From NCBI GenBank assembly GCA_051362555.1, contig CM120644.1:23520534-23584533 (forward strand): a stretch of 64,000 nucleotides of DNA. The letters run 5' to 3'. A model generated the notes under the pieces. That model searched no databases, had not been told where the DNA came from, and worked only from the letters and a program-made list of their open reading frames with translations. This DNA comes from Lingula anatina (lineage: Eukaryota; Animalia; Brachiopoda). A program made the translations under genes and the position numbers. Shown in pieces: positions 1 through 13,400 of the stretch; the stretch's first letter is position 1; each line of letters opens with the position of its first letter.

Positions 1-127
1 TCATGCACTGAATTTCACTCTCCTGATGTTCAGATCCTGTCATCTCAGCTGGTGACAGAGATATAAGAATATTTTTTTGCTGCTTCTACCTTGTGTGCCA
101 TCTAGCTGCCTTTTGTACCTGTCACCT

Positions 128-167
<40 letters not shown>

Positions 168-946
168 CCTTCTTTTTGATAACCAAGATTTATTTTCACC
201 CAATCATTCAGTGTGGCTTGGTGGGAAAATGTCAGATCAATTTCCTAAATGTAAATTAACAAAAAAAAAATAACAATAGTTATTTTTATTCATATTGTAA
301 CTTGCATCATAATACAGTAGGAAAACACAGAATTCAACATTTTTCAAATTTATTTCATTAAGTTCATTCAATTAAATGGTACCTGAGCTAGAATATAGGC
401 TATACTTACAAAACGGATTTACTCTTAACACTACACTAAATCTAAAATCAAGCCACTAACTTCCAAATACACATGACACAGGTACATGTAATTGATTTAA
501 TTGGCCCAGCTGAGCTGTGTACATTGTACTGTAGCCTTGACACTAATTGACAATAATGCTAACCAGGTATTAAAGAGGTAGATGACAGCAGATAAAATCC
601 AAAGAGCACCATAACTGATAACAAATTACACCCAAGGCAATAAGTGAGTCTTCATAATGAATGTCGAAACCTTGCCTGGGTATTTCCACACGTTTTTACA
701 TCACACTCTCCACCAAGACTTTTTGGGCACTACTAATATGCAGTGTACGTGCGCTCATATCTTATACACCTCGGTCTTTGGTTTTCTACTTTTTTTCTTT
801 TATGGTAAAGGCTGCACAGCTGGGTCTTCATTCTTTGCTGTAAAATAAATTAGTTTTATCCTTTACTTGTCCGATGAGTCTTGATTCAAGGCTACTCCTC
901 AGTCTCTCCTCCGTTTACGGTTTTCGTCCCTTCACCTTGGATTGTT

Positions 947-2307
947 GGGGGCGTCTCGATAGTCCGAAGGTTCATTGGTCCGAAGGTTCATTGGTCCGAA
1001 AATTCGTAAATTTTTCATCAGATTTTCAACAAAAAGGTTCATTGGTCCGAAGGTTCATTAGTCCGAAAATTAAAGGTCCATTGGTCCGAAGGTTCATTAG
1101 TCCGAAGGTTCGATAGTCCGAAGGTTCGATAGTCCGAAGGTTCATTAGTCCGAAGGTTCGATAGTCCGAAACATTTTAAGATGTTCTTCGATTTTAAGAA
1201 TTATAATTACAAACGGAATCTAAGGGTGCGTTCCCAACGAAACTATCATTCTACGTAGATTGATCCAACTCCACCAGGATTCTCACTGTATGCAATCAGA
1301 TTACCAATCCTGGAGCTGCTAGGGGGTGATTAACTTTCGTGTGAACTCAGCTTCTAGAATCTTTATCATTTCGTTTTGAGTGCGACCGAAACGCACGTGA
1401 AAATTATCCATATAGGTCGTATTGTTTCCGTGAACTACTCTTTACAATGTGGGGAAGTTTGGGGATATGCAATGGCTACCCTTTCCAACTCATGAACACC
1501 ATACATGTTTCACATGAAATATTGAATAAAGATTGGAACGCATAAAATGAGAGGACGCCTATAATGACATTTAATCGAATGGCCTGTGCTATTATTTTTG
1601 AATTGTATAAGAAACTGATAAAAGTGGTTTTACGCTCCATCAAGGCTACCTTTAAGCGCACACTGATTATTTTCAAAAGAAAAAAACGGGTGTTTCAATT
1701 ACGAAATTTTTTGGATTGCGGGAGAGTCCCGTTTTTCTAGAGACCAATTGCGGTTCACGTCCACCCTGTACTCATGAATATCAAGTCAACAGTTTCGTAA
1801 AAAATCAGTGATAATCGACAAGAGCACTTTTACAATTAGTTTGAGTTTCTTACGATGTCTTAAGATACTATTATTAGAATTCATCTTCTAACCTACACAT
1901 TACTTAAATAATGTAAAAGTTATAAAATAATTGCATTTCCAAACAAACTATGTTGTTCGCACAGCCCACTCCCCTCCCCTCCCCCCCCCCCCCAAAAAAA
2001 AAAAAAAAAAAAAAAAAACAGCCGTTCCTCCAGCAGTATTGTATTACTCATAGGGATGAGGATGAATTAACTGGAGTGTAAACTTGGCATATAAACAAAA
2101 ATTACGAGCATTTACGAAAACAAACTTTTCCCTTACTAGGGCTTTAAACATAAAAATTGTATCAGAATACAGTAATATGCTCAAATATCCACAAATAGTA
2201 ATACATATTTAATTCCACCCCCTCTTCCTCAGCAATACTGAAGGTGCTGAAACGTTTATAATCTGAAATAGAAATGTGGCAACGCCATATCAACCCGGTG
2301 GGCCTAT

Positions 2308-2342
<35 letters not shown>

Positions 2343-2631
2343 TTAAACGTAAAATACAAGTGAGAAGGCAGTTTGAACATGTTGAAATATTCTAAAACAG
2401 TTAAACTTCTAATCTGATGAACAACATCAAAAATGCTGTCTTTGTAACAAATTCATTTAAACTAAGATCTAATAAACGGATATTAGATCTTAGATTTAAA
2501 CGAAGAAAAACGTACTATGCAAAAAGTAGATACACTCGTGACTCGTGAGAAAATTTCCATTGGATTTTGCAAAATAAACCTTTGCAGTTAAATATCGTCA
2601 ACTTCCAATCCCATGAAAAACATCAAGATCT

Positions 2632-2673
<42 letters not shown>

Positions 2674-3135
2674 TAACTAATGTAATATGCTAGTATTGAC
2701 GTTATTTTTGCCCGTGCAGACCTAACTTTTAAACCCTCTACCAGGGCGACTGATAGATTTTTTACAGATATTCACAGATGTGTCTCTAGATAAATAGGTG
2801 GTCATTTTGAGACACCAACAATTTTCGGGGCCCTTTAGCGGGCCCCAGATCCTACGCCAAGGGGGGTGGGGGCTTTGCATCCGCGGACCCCCCTTCAAAT
2901 AATCTTGGATCCGCCCCTGTACATGTAATTCACTATACACTTATACAGCGGGCCTACATTTAGACTATCGAACCTTCGGACTATCGAACCTTCGGACTAA
3001 TGAACCTTCGAACCAATGCACCTTCGGACTATCGAACCTTCGGACCAATGAACCTTCAATGCACATTCGGACCATTGAACCTTCGGACCAATGAACCTTC
3101 GGACTATTGAACCTTCGGACTATCGCTATGGCCCC
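947..3135. mobile_element. Foldback-like non-autonomous DNA transposon with inverted arrays of a 15-bp unit
   Basis: Imperfect TIRs GGGGGCGTCTCGATAGTCCG / revcomp GGGGCCATAGCGATAGTCCG. Inverted tandem arrays of a GTCCGAAGGTTCATTG-like unit at ~957-1170 and ~2963-3125. 8-bp TSD GGATTGTT at 939-946 and 3136-3143. Confidence 0.85.
2304..2345. repeat. (TATT)n microsatellite
   Basis: Visible tandem run. Confidence 0.9.
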
Positions 3136-3579
3136 GGATTGTTACCACTGCAGGCAGTCTGTGAACGCTTGTAAAGTTATCTTCTCTCTATCATATACTC
3201 TGCAATAATTCATCATTTTACTCGGTTTAATATCAAAGAAAACACAGAAATTAAATGCTAAATTGTACATGTAGACATGATCATGCGCAGCAGACGATTC
3301 CGGTCTCCCTCCAGTATGGCTGCCGTTTGTTTTGATGACGAGGGCTACAATGGGTTAATACACAGTACAACTGTACTAGTACATATATGTTGCATGCCTT
3401 AATTATATTTCAGACTTGTTAATGTTTATCATTGAATAATGTCCTACATAAAATAGTGACATATTAAACATGCATATATGTATACATCGTCTCATTATTT
3501 GAAATAGCTTGTATTTTATTTTTTTAAACTTATTTATTGAATTGTTTATTTATTTTGTAGATATTTCCACATTTAGAAG

Positions 3580-4171
3580 ATGACCAGCCTTGATGATTTG
3601 GTGGTTGGTGACGCCATTGCAGCTGCGATGCAAACCAACAAATACACAGCAAGTTTCTTTGAGAAATATGACACCTACGACACCTACGAGCTGATAGCAT
3701 GCACGCACTCGCACTGGTTCCTGTCCAGCGAAGACCTGAAGGTCAGCGTAGAAATGCCCCTGGGTCTGGTTAAGAAGATGGTCCCTCTGGGCCAGAACGA
3801 AAACCAGTGCTTGTTCCTCCTCCCCGAGGACGACATGGAGGGCTGTGACCCATTAGATTTCCGGGAACTTCACCAAATTATCCGTGAAACGACCATTGGC
3901 ATTTACGTGTTTGGTCAACTGCCGTCCATTTCTCTGGAAGCAAATTTCGACCAGAGCACCTCATGTCAGCTGCCCCAGGCTTACGTGGACACCCGACTGG
4001 GACAGGTGCTGATTAATATTGACTACATGATGAAGGCGCTCTGGCATGGGGTCTACTTCCCCAAGGAGAAAAGGACAAAGTTTTCTGAGAAGTGGAGAAA
4101 AAGTTTGGATGTGAATTCACAAGGGAAACCTGAAACGAAGAAGCCGTTTATTACAGAATTCACCAGTGCAG
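3580..4171 (+). CDS. ANKAR: Ankyrin and armadillo repeat-containing protein, first coding exon
   Basis: Peptide ASFFEKYD...LDFRELHQIIRE...PSISLEANFDQSTSCQLPQAYVDTRLGQVLINIDYMMKALWHG...FTSAG matches the ANKAR N-terminus as I recall it. Acceptor ttttgtag ends at 3560; donor GCAG|GTAATT at 4172 (phase 1). Confidence 0.88.
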
Positions 4172-6420
4172 GTAATTGTATGTCAGCCGTTTTTAATTGA
4201 CCACCAGGGTAAAGAATATCATGGAAATAATAGATCTTTGTCTAGAAACTGGTTTTCAAATTAGATTTTTCTAAATTTTGAGCCATTACCAATGAATTCT
4301 GCTCGGAGGAAGAGTAAACATTTCAAATTAAGAACTCAAAAAAAAAAAAAAAAAAAAAAAGCAGGTTGAAAGATCTCAGTTTTGATCTCAGTTTTGAACT
4401 TTTCTTAATCATGTTTGATAGGGTTTGTGACAAAGTGCAAATCGCTGATATTTCATAGAAAGTTGATTCACATGTACTTAAAATGTGTTACTTCATTAGT
4501 TTTGAAAATATTCCTGGCTTATTTTGGAAGTTGTATTTTTAGACAAGTAAATTAATTAAAAATATTAAACTTGAAAAAAAAAGCTATTGATAATTGGGTA
4601 TTGTTTTTTATTTTTTCTGTTTTTTTTAATTTTTTTATTGATACTGTACTTTCATTTATAAGTAGTTTATAATTATTTATCTCTAGTGACTTTTGCATAA
4701 CCAGAAACCCCCTTCAGTTTTGAACAGTTTAATGCCCAACTGATATTGTTAAACCTAAGGGGACTCTTCTGAAGTGTTTTACAGTAAATGCTGCTTAAAC
4801 CCCTGAAATGTGTTTGCATGTCGAATTAAACTCGTGCAAAGCTTTAACAGAAATCTACGAGGGTAAAATCTGTCCCTTGACTTAATGCAGTTTTAACTTT
4901 CAGTTGCAATGCAGTGTTTGTTTACACAAAACTTTATGTGTTGACATAAGGAATATATATATCACATCTTAATGTTTGCACAAGTCATTTTCCTTCTTTA
5001 TTAAGATCATTTTAAGCGGCAACCAATGAATTTTTATGAGGAAAGGTCCACTGGCACAGTGACACCTGTTCTGTTGATCAATTTAAAACTCTTAATTGAA
5101 TATGAATAATACAACAGTCCACCTAATTTAGTGTTTAGCCTAATGGTCCGTTCAGATGCCAGGGGGCATTTTACAAAATAACCATATCCTGAAAATTGGT
5201 TCAAATATTTAGATCAGAAATTGAATCTAGTTCTGTTTAACATCAATCCATAGCAGCCAAAGTAAACAAACAAGTAAATATTACTAATAATTTTAGCAAC
5301 ACATTTAAATCTGGACTCTAGGCAAAATGCATACTAGTAATTTCATTCAAAAAGTATGAAGCAAAATATTAAGAAATTTTATCCCCAGTGTGATTTTCTT
5401 CATTTGTGATGCAAAGTTTGATTTCATTAACTAAATGAAGATATAAAAAATTTCACCAGTTTAGTTTATTAAAAAGACCATGTGTGTCTGGACTTTGTGC
5501 ATACCCCGTATATGAACGTGGTGTTAACTGAGATTTTGATTGATCTTAATCATTGCCAGATTAATAATTTATAAAAAGTTAATTAAATTCTTGGCATCTT
5601 TGTGATGGATTTTACATGTTGACATCACTGAACCTTTTAATAATGAACCTACATGAACTATTTGACTTTGACCATGACTTTCATGAAACATAAAGCCACA
5701 ATATTTCCTTTCTCTACTAGTAATTAATCTCTTTGTGAAACATACTCACTGACAAGCAGTTTTACATTTTTAAGATGAAAATTAAAGCAGTTGTTTACAG
5801 GCACTGAGAAATGGTTTATAACGTAGAATCAGAAAGGATTACTAGTAGGTGAAAAGTTAAGACCAAATAAATGAATAAATAAAAATAGAAAATGATTGGA
5901 TTAAAAAAATATATAATATTTAATTAATAAGATCAGACTTGAATGTCTTAATTTTTGTTTCAAGTTTGTGATAATGAAACAAACATCTAGTAAGGATTCA
6001 GTGAGTATTTTTAATAATTAAGGGTTACATAGACTTGGACAACCTTGTATTAATATTGTCACAGTAATTAAAACTAAACAGTAGTAAACATGGTCTAGGA
6101 TTATGTTGTATGTACATGTTGCCTAGCAACAAGACCTCTTGCAGCCAAGAAGGGTTTAAGGTTTGCAAGTAAGCTGCTTAATAAGATTAAGATTATTGTA
6201 GAAACTAAGATCAATTTACCTAGCAGTTGGTCCAAATTTTGTTAGCCATATACAGCATTTGGACCTAGACTAAAGTACTAGTACTGGCTTATTTTAATTA
6301 AGTCCACAATTGCAAATAATTCTCTTATTTTTTTTTCATTTTTTTTTATGAAGGAACTAGTAATACAATTTCTCTATAAAATAAATCATGGGCACCATTA
6401 TAGTTATATTGGTGTTCACG

Positions 6421-7113
6421 TTATTAGTACCACCAGCGTCTACGCTGGCGGTACTCATGGTTTTAGTCCCGACCTGTCTCGTACGGCTCCGTTGGCTCCG
6501 CCGGCTCCGCCGGCTCCGTTGGCTCCGCAGGGTGTCGTGGGATACAAGTCACCGTTACCGCTTCTCCTCCTAGACTGCATGGGCCTGTGTGCCCATCTCT
6601 TGGATTTAGGTCACATATAATCTCAACTTGAACCCCTGGGTATTTTTGTCTCAGTCGGTGCATTGCCCTTGGCATGACACTCATTGAAACGCGCCCTTGT
6701 CAAAATTTTTGGAAATTCAATGCGAAATATCTCCCAAACCGAAGGAATTATGGGAAAAATTACTATAGAAGTCTGACCGAAAGTCATATATGGAGATTCC
6801 AAATATGCCCTGAGATTTGACTTTCGACCTTTATTTCAAGGTCGAACGGGCCAAAATTTTCTAAAAATGGGAATTTTCTGCAAAAAGATATTTGTTTGTA
6901 CCAATTTTCAGAAACTACACAGACCTGAGCTCTCATATTATGGTGAGGGCTTACAGTCAGGGTCTCCTTTCATCTTTGGGAGTTTGGGGTCAATCGGTGC
7001 ATTTCCATGGGAGAAGCAGCCATTAGATACCAATACTGAAAACTCCCTCTAATTCTGGAACCGTAAATGCTAGAGACCTTTTGTTTTTTGCATTTTGTAG
7101 AACTTGTCAAGCC
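6421..7113 (+). mobile_element. Helentron-associated non-autonomous element (HINE/DINE-1-like), 3'-truncated
   Basis: Starts TTATT, then hairpin gtaccaccagcgt-ct-acgctggcggtac, then a (CCGCCGGCT)-like microsatellite. Colinear homologue at 62841-63469. Confidence 0.7.
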
Positions 7114-7285
7114 TAATACATTCATGCATTATAACACGTGTTCTTAAAATGCCTTTACATTACTTGCAAATTTATATGCTAATTACGTAATGAGCTATAA
7201 AATAGGTCTAGTAACCAAGCAACATATATAAAATGAGTTTTAAGAAAGGACCGGGCAAATACATACTGTACTTATTTGTCTTTTT
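7111..7285 (-). repeat. Displaced fragment of the BEL 3' LTR
   Basis: Near-identical to ~26913-27088 of the 5' LTR. It continues at ~20129 after the HINE insertion. Confidence 0.9.
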
Positions 7286-7314
7286 ATGTACAGACACAGA
7301 TGTGTCTGTACATA

Positions 7315-7463
7315 CAGTGGTCGGAATAATTTTGTTGCCGTTGTACACCGGTGTAACAACGTTCGAAATGTTTTAATCCCTATCTTGTGAATAGAAGGGG
7401 GCGGACAAACAATGGACGGCCGTATAAATCCCTTCAAAATTCGAACGCACAAACACAATAGCT
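7315..7463. mobile_element. Solo Tc1/mariner-like terminus
   Basis: TA|CAGTGGTCGGAATAATTTTG resembles a Tc1-type end. No partner TIR was found. Confidence 0.4.
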
Positions 7464-7465
7464 TA

Positions 7466-10400
7466 CCGTACTCGGATTAAGAATGTGTACATTTACCCCG
7501 TGGACCATTTGAAGATTACACTGCGATTAATGCGGTGGAAAATACAATAGAGAGAGTGTATAATGATAGGGTCGCTAAACGATTGTTGACGGCATATAGT
7601 AACTAGCCTAATCCCTTGGTCGCCTGGGTAGCCACGCCCCCTTAGAGTACTTATGTAAACAAACGGTCTCCCGTAGCGAACTATCCTTTTGTTCAACAGC
7701 TTCGCGCGTGCAGCTGATTATGTATGTAGTGACACTATAGCTAACTGCATATAAATTTGTGCTAGCTGTTATTTGATTCATTCTGCTGTGTCAGATGTTG
7801 TGGATCAGCCCACTCGTTCGTTGACTTCTGTTTTTCTGAGGATTGGTGGTGCAGATTTTGAGTGCTTAATTATGTACCCTCCTTCTAACAAGAGAAAGGG
7901 GAAGGGAGATAAAAAGAGAGAGTGTCAAATGAAACGGGTAATGAGTAATACATTACATTAAATAAAGGGACTCGCGATGGAAGAAACGATAGACTGTTTT
8001 GCATCAAGGTATGCCATTATAATCCGACATGGCCCATAACATGATCCATAACATGACTCATTGTTGTATGCCTTATATTTGTGCCGACTAATATTTTACT
8101 CTCGTTCATTTCGTGAAACTATTTCCTTAAAATAAAGTTTTTCCTGTATAAATTAACTTTGTGACATGAAGTAATTAATAAAACGCGCCTGTTGAAAAGG
8201 GGGCTTTTCGTAACTAATAAAGGTTCACTATTCAGAAAAATATCGTCGCCGTTCGTCGCCGCTACCTTCAGGAAAGCGTACCCTCCGCGTGGATCACCGG
8301 CATTTTTGATTATCTGACAAATTAGGGCAATTTACGTTTTAGCTAATAATTCTGAATTTACTAATATTTTGGACTAAATTCGATGTCAGATTCATAGCAA
8401 TGACGGAGAGCCGACAGAGTAACTGTTTAATTTTCTAAACTAATCAAACTAGAACGCGTGGCGATAAAATGTGTCGCTAGATCTTGTAAACACTCAGCGA
8501 AATGCACCTAGTGACTATATTCAATGTGCCGTCACTTAATTGCTTTCTCGATTTCATTAATTGACGATAGTAATTGCAGATAACAAGGAAGAGGAAATGC
8601 TGAAGACAAAACAACGTCGGGTCTTTGTGTGACTTTCTCCCTAAACACTTTTTATGTTGCTGTCAAAGAAAAAGGAGTCTAGATAGCGATTATTTAAACC
8701 ACTGCTGCTGCTTTTGCAGGTAGACTTCCTCGTTTATCATTTAAATGCTCCCCTCCCCCAGCAGACCCAACTTGATGCATGTACGTCTTGGTAGCTATAG
8801 TACAGATCTTGGTTCAAGTAATGAAAGGTTTAAGCAAAAAACGATAATTTGAGGCTATTTTTTCATTCTAGACAAAATAAAGTATCTATGGTGTGTGACA
8901 ATAGGGACTTTACAAAGCTTAATTTGTCCTTAAATATATATTCCAGTAGCATAGGCGAGCGACGTAATTGTAACCTCAACTTGAGGTATCCTCGATGAAA
9001 GCGGAGTACAAAAATTAACTTTTTTAAATATCAATTACAACATGCTGTACAATGATATTGAGACTAAAGGGTTTAATGGACTTCTTTGCCTTAAAAGCAA
9101 TTCATTTCAAAATTAAAAGAAACAGTTTTTTTCGGGGAGCGCGGGTAGACAGTTTACGTTAGGTGATTCGTTAAAGTCGAGGAGTGTTTCACTATCAAAT
9201 GTGTAAATCATATATGTCATAAAACACTATAAGAAAGTTTTTTGTTACGATCTGCAACATTTGTTCATTTATATAGCAGGGCGAAGTTAAAGCCAGAGGT
9301 AAATAGAACCTAATACCGTAATCCTCCTCGTCCATTTATTTAAATCGTATCAAAACGTTTGATACACAATGTTCATTAAATTAATAATTTTAGCGATTTA
9401 TTAAAACCATATTGGTACATAAAAGTTTAAGATTAGCATAAGTTAAGCAACAACCAGTATGAAGAACAACACCCTTTTTAAATGAGGCAAGACACCCTCT
9501 TCACACTGATTATAACCTTGAGAAAGACATTATGCAACTTAAGGTAAAGGAGTTCTTTCATCTCGTGTGTGAATACAACTCATTCTTTGTCACTTTTACA
9601 AGACAATGGAGGCGAGCAAGTAGAGTAATTACAATACACAATAAAAAGGACATTAGTATAGAAAGCTTACTTCGGGTCAGCCCTTTGCTTGTTCGAATGA
9701 AAGAGATAGATATCGCGCCGCGACTCCCTTTATTAAACCTTCGTGTGTTTGTGTAAAAGTGTGAAAGACAGGCAACGGTCTTTAGTCGCTGTTGATATTG
9801 TTCGCGATTAATATTGAAGTATAACTCCTTCGCCTGCATGTAAACGTGTTACTTTTCCTCATGTTCTCTATATTTCTTTTAGGTGGTTGAGACAATGGGA
9901 TGAGATCGATAAAAGTGAAGGTTAATCTAAACAATTAGATGCGATTTTTGTGAAATGACTTATTAAGTGATGTGCATGTACCTAGCATGTTTAAATTCTT
10001 GAATTTCTAATTTGTTAAATCTTTCATACACGGCCTCATATATGTATTACTCTCAGGCCTTCGATATTATTGTGTTACACGGGACTCCTGGAAACCTGAA
10101 GCACAGGTCTACGGAGTCTTGTTATCCTTCATGCAGTTTTATGGCTGGGATGAACACTGCGAAGTAGAAACAGGCTTTACTTAGCTTTACTTGATGCACG
10201 ACAGTTTAAACAAAACCATTCTGCAAGGCTTGCTTTGATTTGGCGTTAACCTTACACTGGTTTAAAAAGAACAAATATAAATATGTTCGATGGATTAAAT
10301 GCCGGCTTTGTTATATTTTAACTAAATGCGTTCATTTGCACAGTTACACAGATAATATTTTTAAGTTGTCTGTCGTTCAGCACGCATTATAGGCGAGTAG

Positions 10401-13400
10401 CTAAATAGTGACGGTGATCAATCCAAGCTCAATCTTGGCAAGTATAGTTTACAAAATAGATCATGTTGAATAAACTTAATTACGCTTTAATAAATAATCA
10501 ACACATGGTTCGGTTATTGTCACTTGAAAGCTTTCGATCAAAGACGTTCAATGAAATCACAAATCATTTGACGATTAAAAAATGGACATGTTCAAGGGGC
10601 AGTTTTTGTTTCAGATAAAGGGACTTCAGGTTCAGGTAGAGGGTTCAGTTACGTGTTTCATCGGATGATAGCATCACGCCCTAGGTCTAAGCGAGTTGAA
10701 TAGAAGCTTTTTATCCAAACATCCTATTCCTAACTACTGAGTTAGGACAAAGGTCTAGTAACATGCACTGTGCAATTACTATTAATGGATCAGACGCATA
10801 CTTGATTGTTTTTCCTCTGGTGTCGCACGTATGCATCCTTTCTTGAGTGATCTAAAACAAGTCGCTAGTGTACCATGTTTCTCACTGTAGCAAAATACGT
10901 TCGACCTGTGTTTCTGAACGGCAGCCGGAGACACAGTAATTGTATAGGCATGCTTTAAGCTTGTTCGAGAGACAATAACAGTCGGGTTTAACAATAGATA
11001 GCGACCATAGTAAGACCCCCTCCTATTTAACTGATGATTTACACTTTTAATTGACCGTACTTTCGTATATTGTATGATCATACAGCCAGACTTCCCCCTG
11101 TTGCACGTTGTAGTTGGATTGTCATTGCGCCTATGTCAATGCACCTCATTTAATTTCAATATTATAATATAAGCATAATATAAGTAATATGTTATTTCCT
11201 TATTCCTCTTTCATTATCATTCATGTTTTATAAATACTTGAACGCTTGAATGCAGATATTTCAAATTAAAACGTAAGTACATAAATAAATTATACATTTA
11301 TAAATTAATGCAATAGGAATTTTTTGAGACAGATTGATGCTGACGCTCATGCATTTCAACCAAACAAACAATAATTAGTTCAATTTTTGACTGCGGAAAT
11401 TTCATATAGGATGAAATAACTGATAACAAATTTAACTAGCAGTTTGTTAGCAACACTAATAAACCAGCTGCGCGTGCCAAACTAGTGAACAAAAGGACAG
11501 TTCGCTTCGCGTGGCACGCCTTAGCATGGGTTTAGCCTCTTCAAGCTATAATCCTATCGCCGCAACAAACAATAGGGACCTTCTGGCTGATGTATCCTGC
11601 TGTTAATTACACCTAGTTACAGCGGATTGTCACGCTCGCGCTGGGCCACAGAAACCGGCGTCATGGGGTTCACTCGTATTAAGTATTGTGGTTTTTAGTG
11701 TTGCTAACAAACTGCTAGTTAAATTTGTTATCAGTTATTTCATCCTATATGAAATTTCCGCAGTCAAAAATTGAACTAATTATTGTTTGTTTGGTTGAAA
11801 TGCACGAGCGTCAGCATCAATCTGTCTCAAAAAATTCCTATTGCATTAATTTATAAATGTATAATTTATTTATGTACTTACGTTTTAATTTGAAGTATCT
11901 GCATTCAAGCGTTCAAGTATTTATAAAACATGAATGATAATGAAAGAGGAATAAGGAAATAACATATTACTTATATTATGCTTATATTATAATATTGAAA
12001 TTAAATGAGGTGCATTGACATAGGCGCAATGACAATCCAACTTCAACGTGCAACAGGGGGAAGTCTGGCTGTATGATCATACAATATACGAAAGTACGGT
12101 CAATTAAAAGTGTAAATCATCAGTTAAAGAGGAGGGGGTCTTACTATAGCTCGCTATCTATTGTTAAACCCGACTGTTATTATCTCACGAACAAGCTTAA
12201 AGCATGCCTATACAATTACTGTGTCTCCGGCTGCCGTTCAGAAACACCATGTCGAACATATTTTGCTACAGTGAGAAACATGGTACACCAGAGGAAAAAC
12301 AATCAAGTATGCACCTGATCCATTAATAGTAATTGCACAGTGCATGTTACTAGACCTTTGTCCTAACTCAGTAGTTAGGAATAGGATGTTTGGATAAAAA
12401 GCTTCTATTCAACTCGCTTAGACCTAGGGCGTGATGCTATCATCCGATGAAGCACGTAACTGAACCCTCTACCTGAACCTGAAGTCCCTTTAGCTGAAAC
12501 AAAAACTGCCCCTTGAACATGTCCATTTTTTAATCGTCAAATGATTTGTGATTCCATTGAACGTCTTTGATCGAAAGATTTCAAGTGACAATAACCGAAC
12601 CGTGTGTTGATTATTTATTAAAGCGTAATTAAGTTTATTCAACATGATCTATTTTGTAAACGATATTTGCCAAGATTGAGCTTGGATTGATCACCGTCAC
12701 TATTTAGCTACTCGCTATATAATGCGTGCTGAACGACAGACAACTTAAAAATATTATCTGTGTAACTGTGCAAATGAACGCATTTAGTTAAAATATAACG
12801 AAGCCGGCATTTAATCCATCGAACATATTTATATTTGTTCTTTTAAAACCAGTGTAAGGTGAACGCCAAATCAAAGCAAGCCTTGCAGACTGGTTTTGTT
12901 TAAACTGTCGTGCATCAAGTAAAGCTAAGTAAAGCCTGTTTCTACTTCGCAGTGTTCATCCCAGCCATAAAACTGCATGAAGGATAACAAGACTCCGTAG
13001 ACCTGTACTTCAGGGGTCCAGGAGTCCTGTGTAACACAATAATATCGAAGGCCTGAGAGAGATACATATATGAGGCTGTGTATGAAAGATTTAACAAATT
13101 AGAAATTCAAGAATTTAAACATGCTAGGTACATGCACATCACTTAAGTCATTTCACAAAAATCGCATCTAATTGTTTAGATTAACCTTTACTTTTATCGA
13201 TCTCACCCCATTGTCTCAACCACCTAAAAGAAATATAGAGAACATGAGGAAAAGTAACACGTTTACATACAGGCGAAGGAGTTATACTTCAATATTAATC
13301 GCGAACAATATCAACAGCGACTAAAGACCGTTGCCTGTCTTTCACACTTTTACACAAACACACGAAGGTTTAATAAAGGGAGTCGCGGCGCGATATCTAT

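Noticed and set aside
77-1116. Short ORFs at the window start
   Set aside because: They arise from poly-T and the 15-bp tandem array and show no protein-like motifs.
957-1170. Regular repeats superficially like a CRISPR array
   Set aside because: No unique spacers, eukaryotic context, and they are transposon subterminal repeats.
2823-2919. hAT-like end (revcomp CAGGGGCGGATCCAAG)
   Set aside because: No partner TIR or TSD was found, so it cannot be delimited.
4172-6420. Possible further ANKAR exons
   Set aside because: AT-rich sequence with no recognisable ANKAR-like peptide. Very small exons cannot be excluded by eye.
7724-7745. GTGACACTATAG resembling the SP6 promoter or the E terminus
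   Set aside because: Short match present in both palindrome arms, not TA-flanked, and no vector context.
9532-9839. ORFs in the palindrome arms as a transposase or RT remnant
   Set aside because: No convincing motif; the mirrored ORFs simply reflect the duplication.
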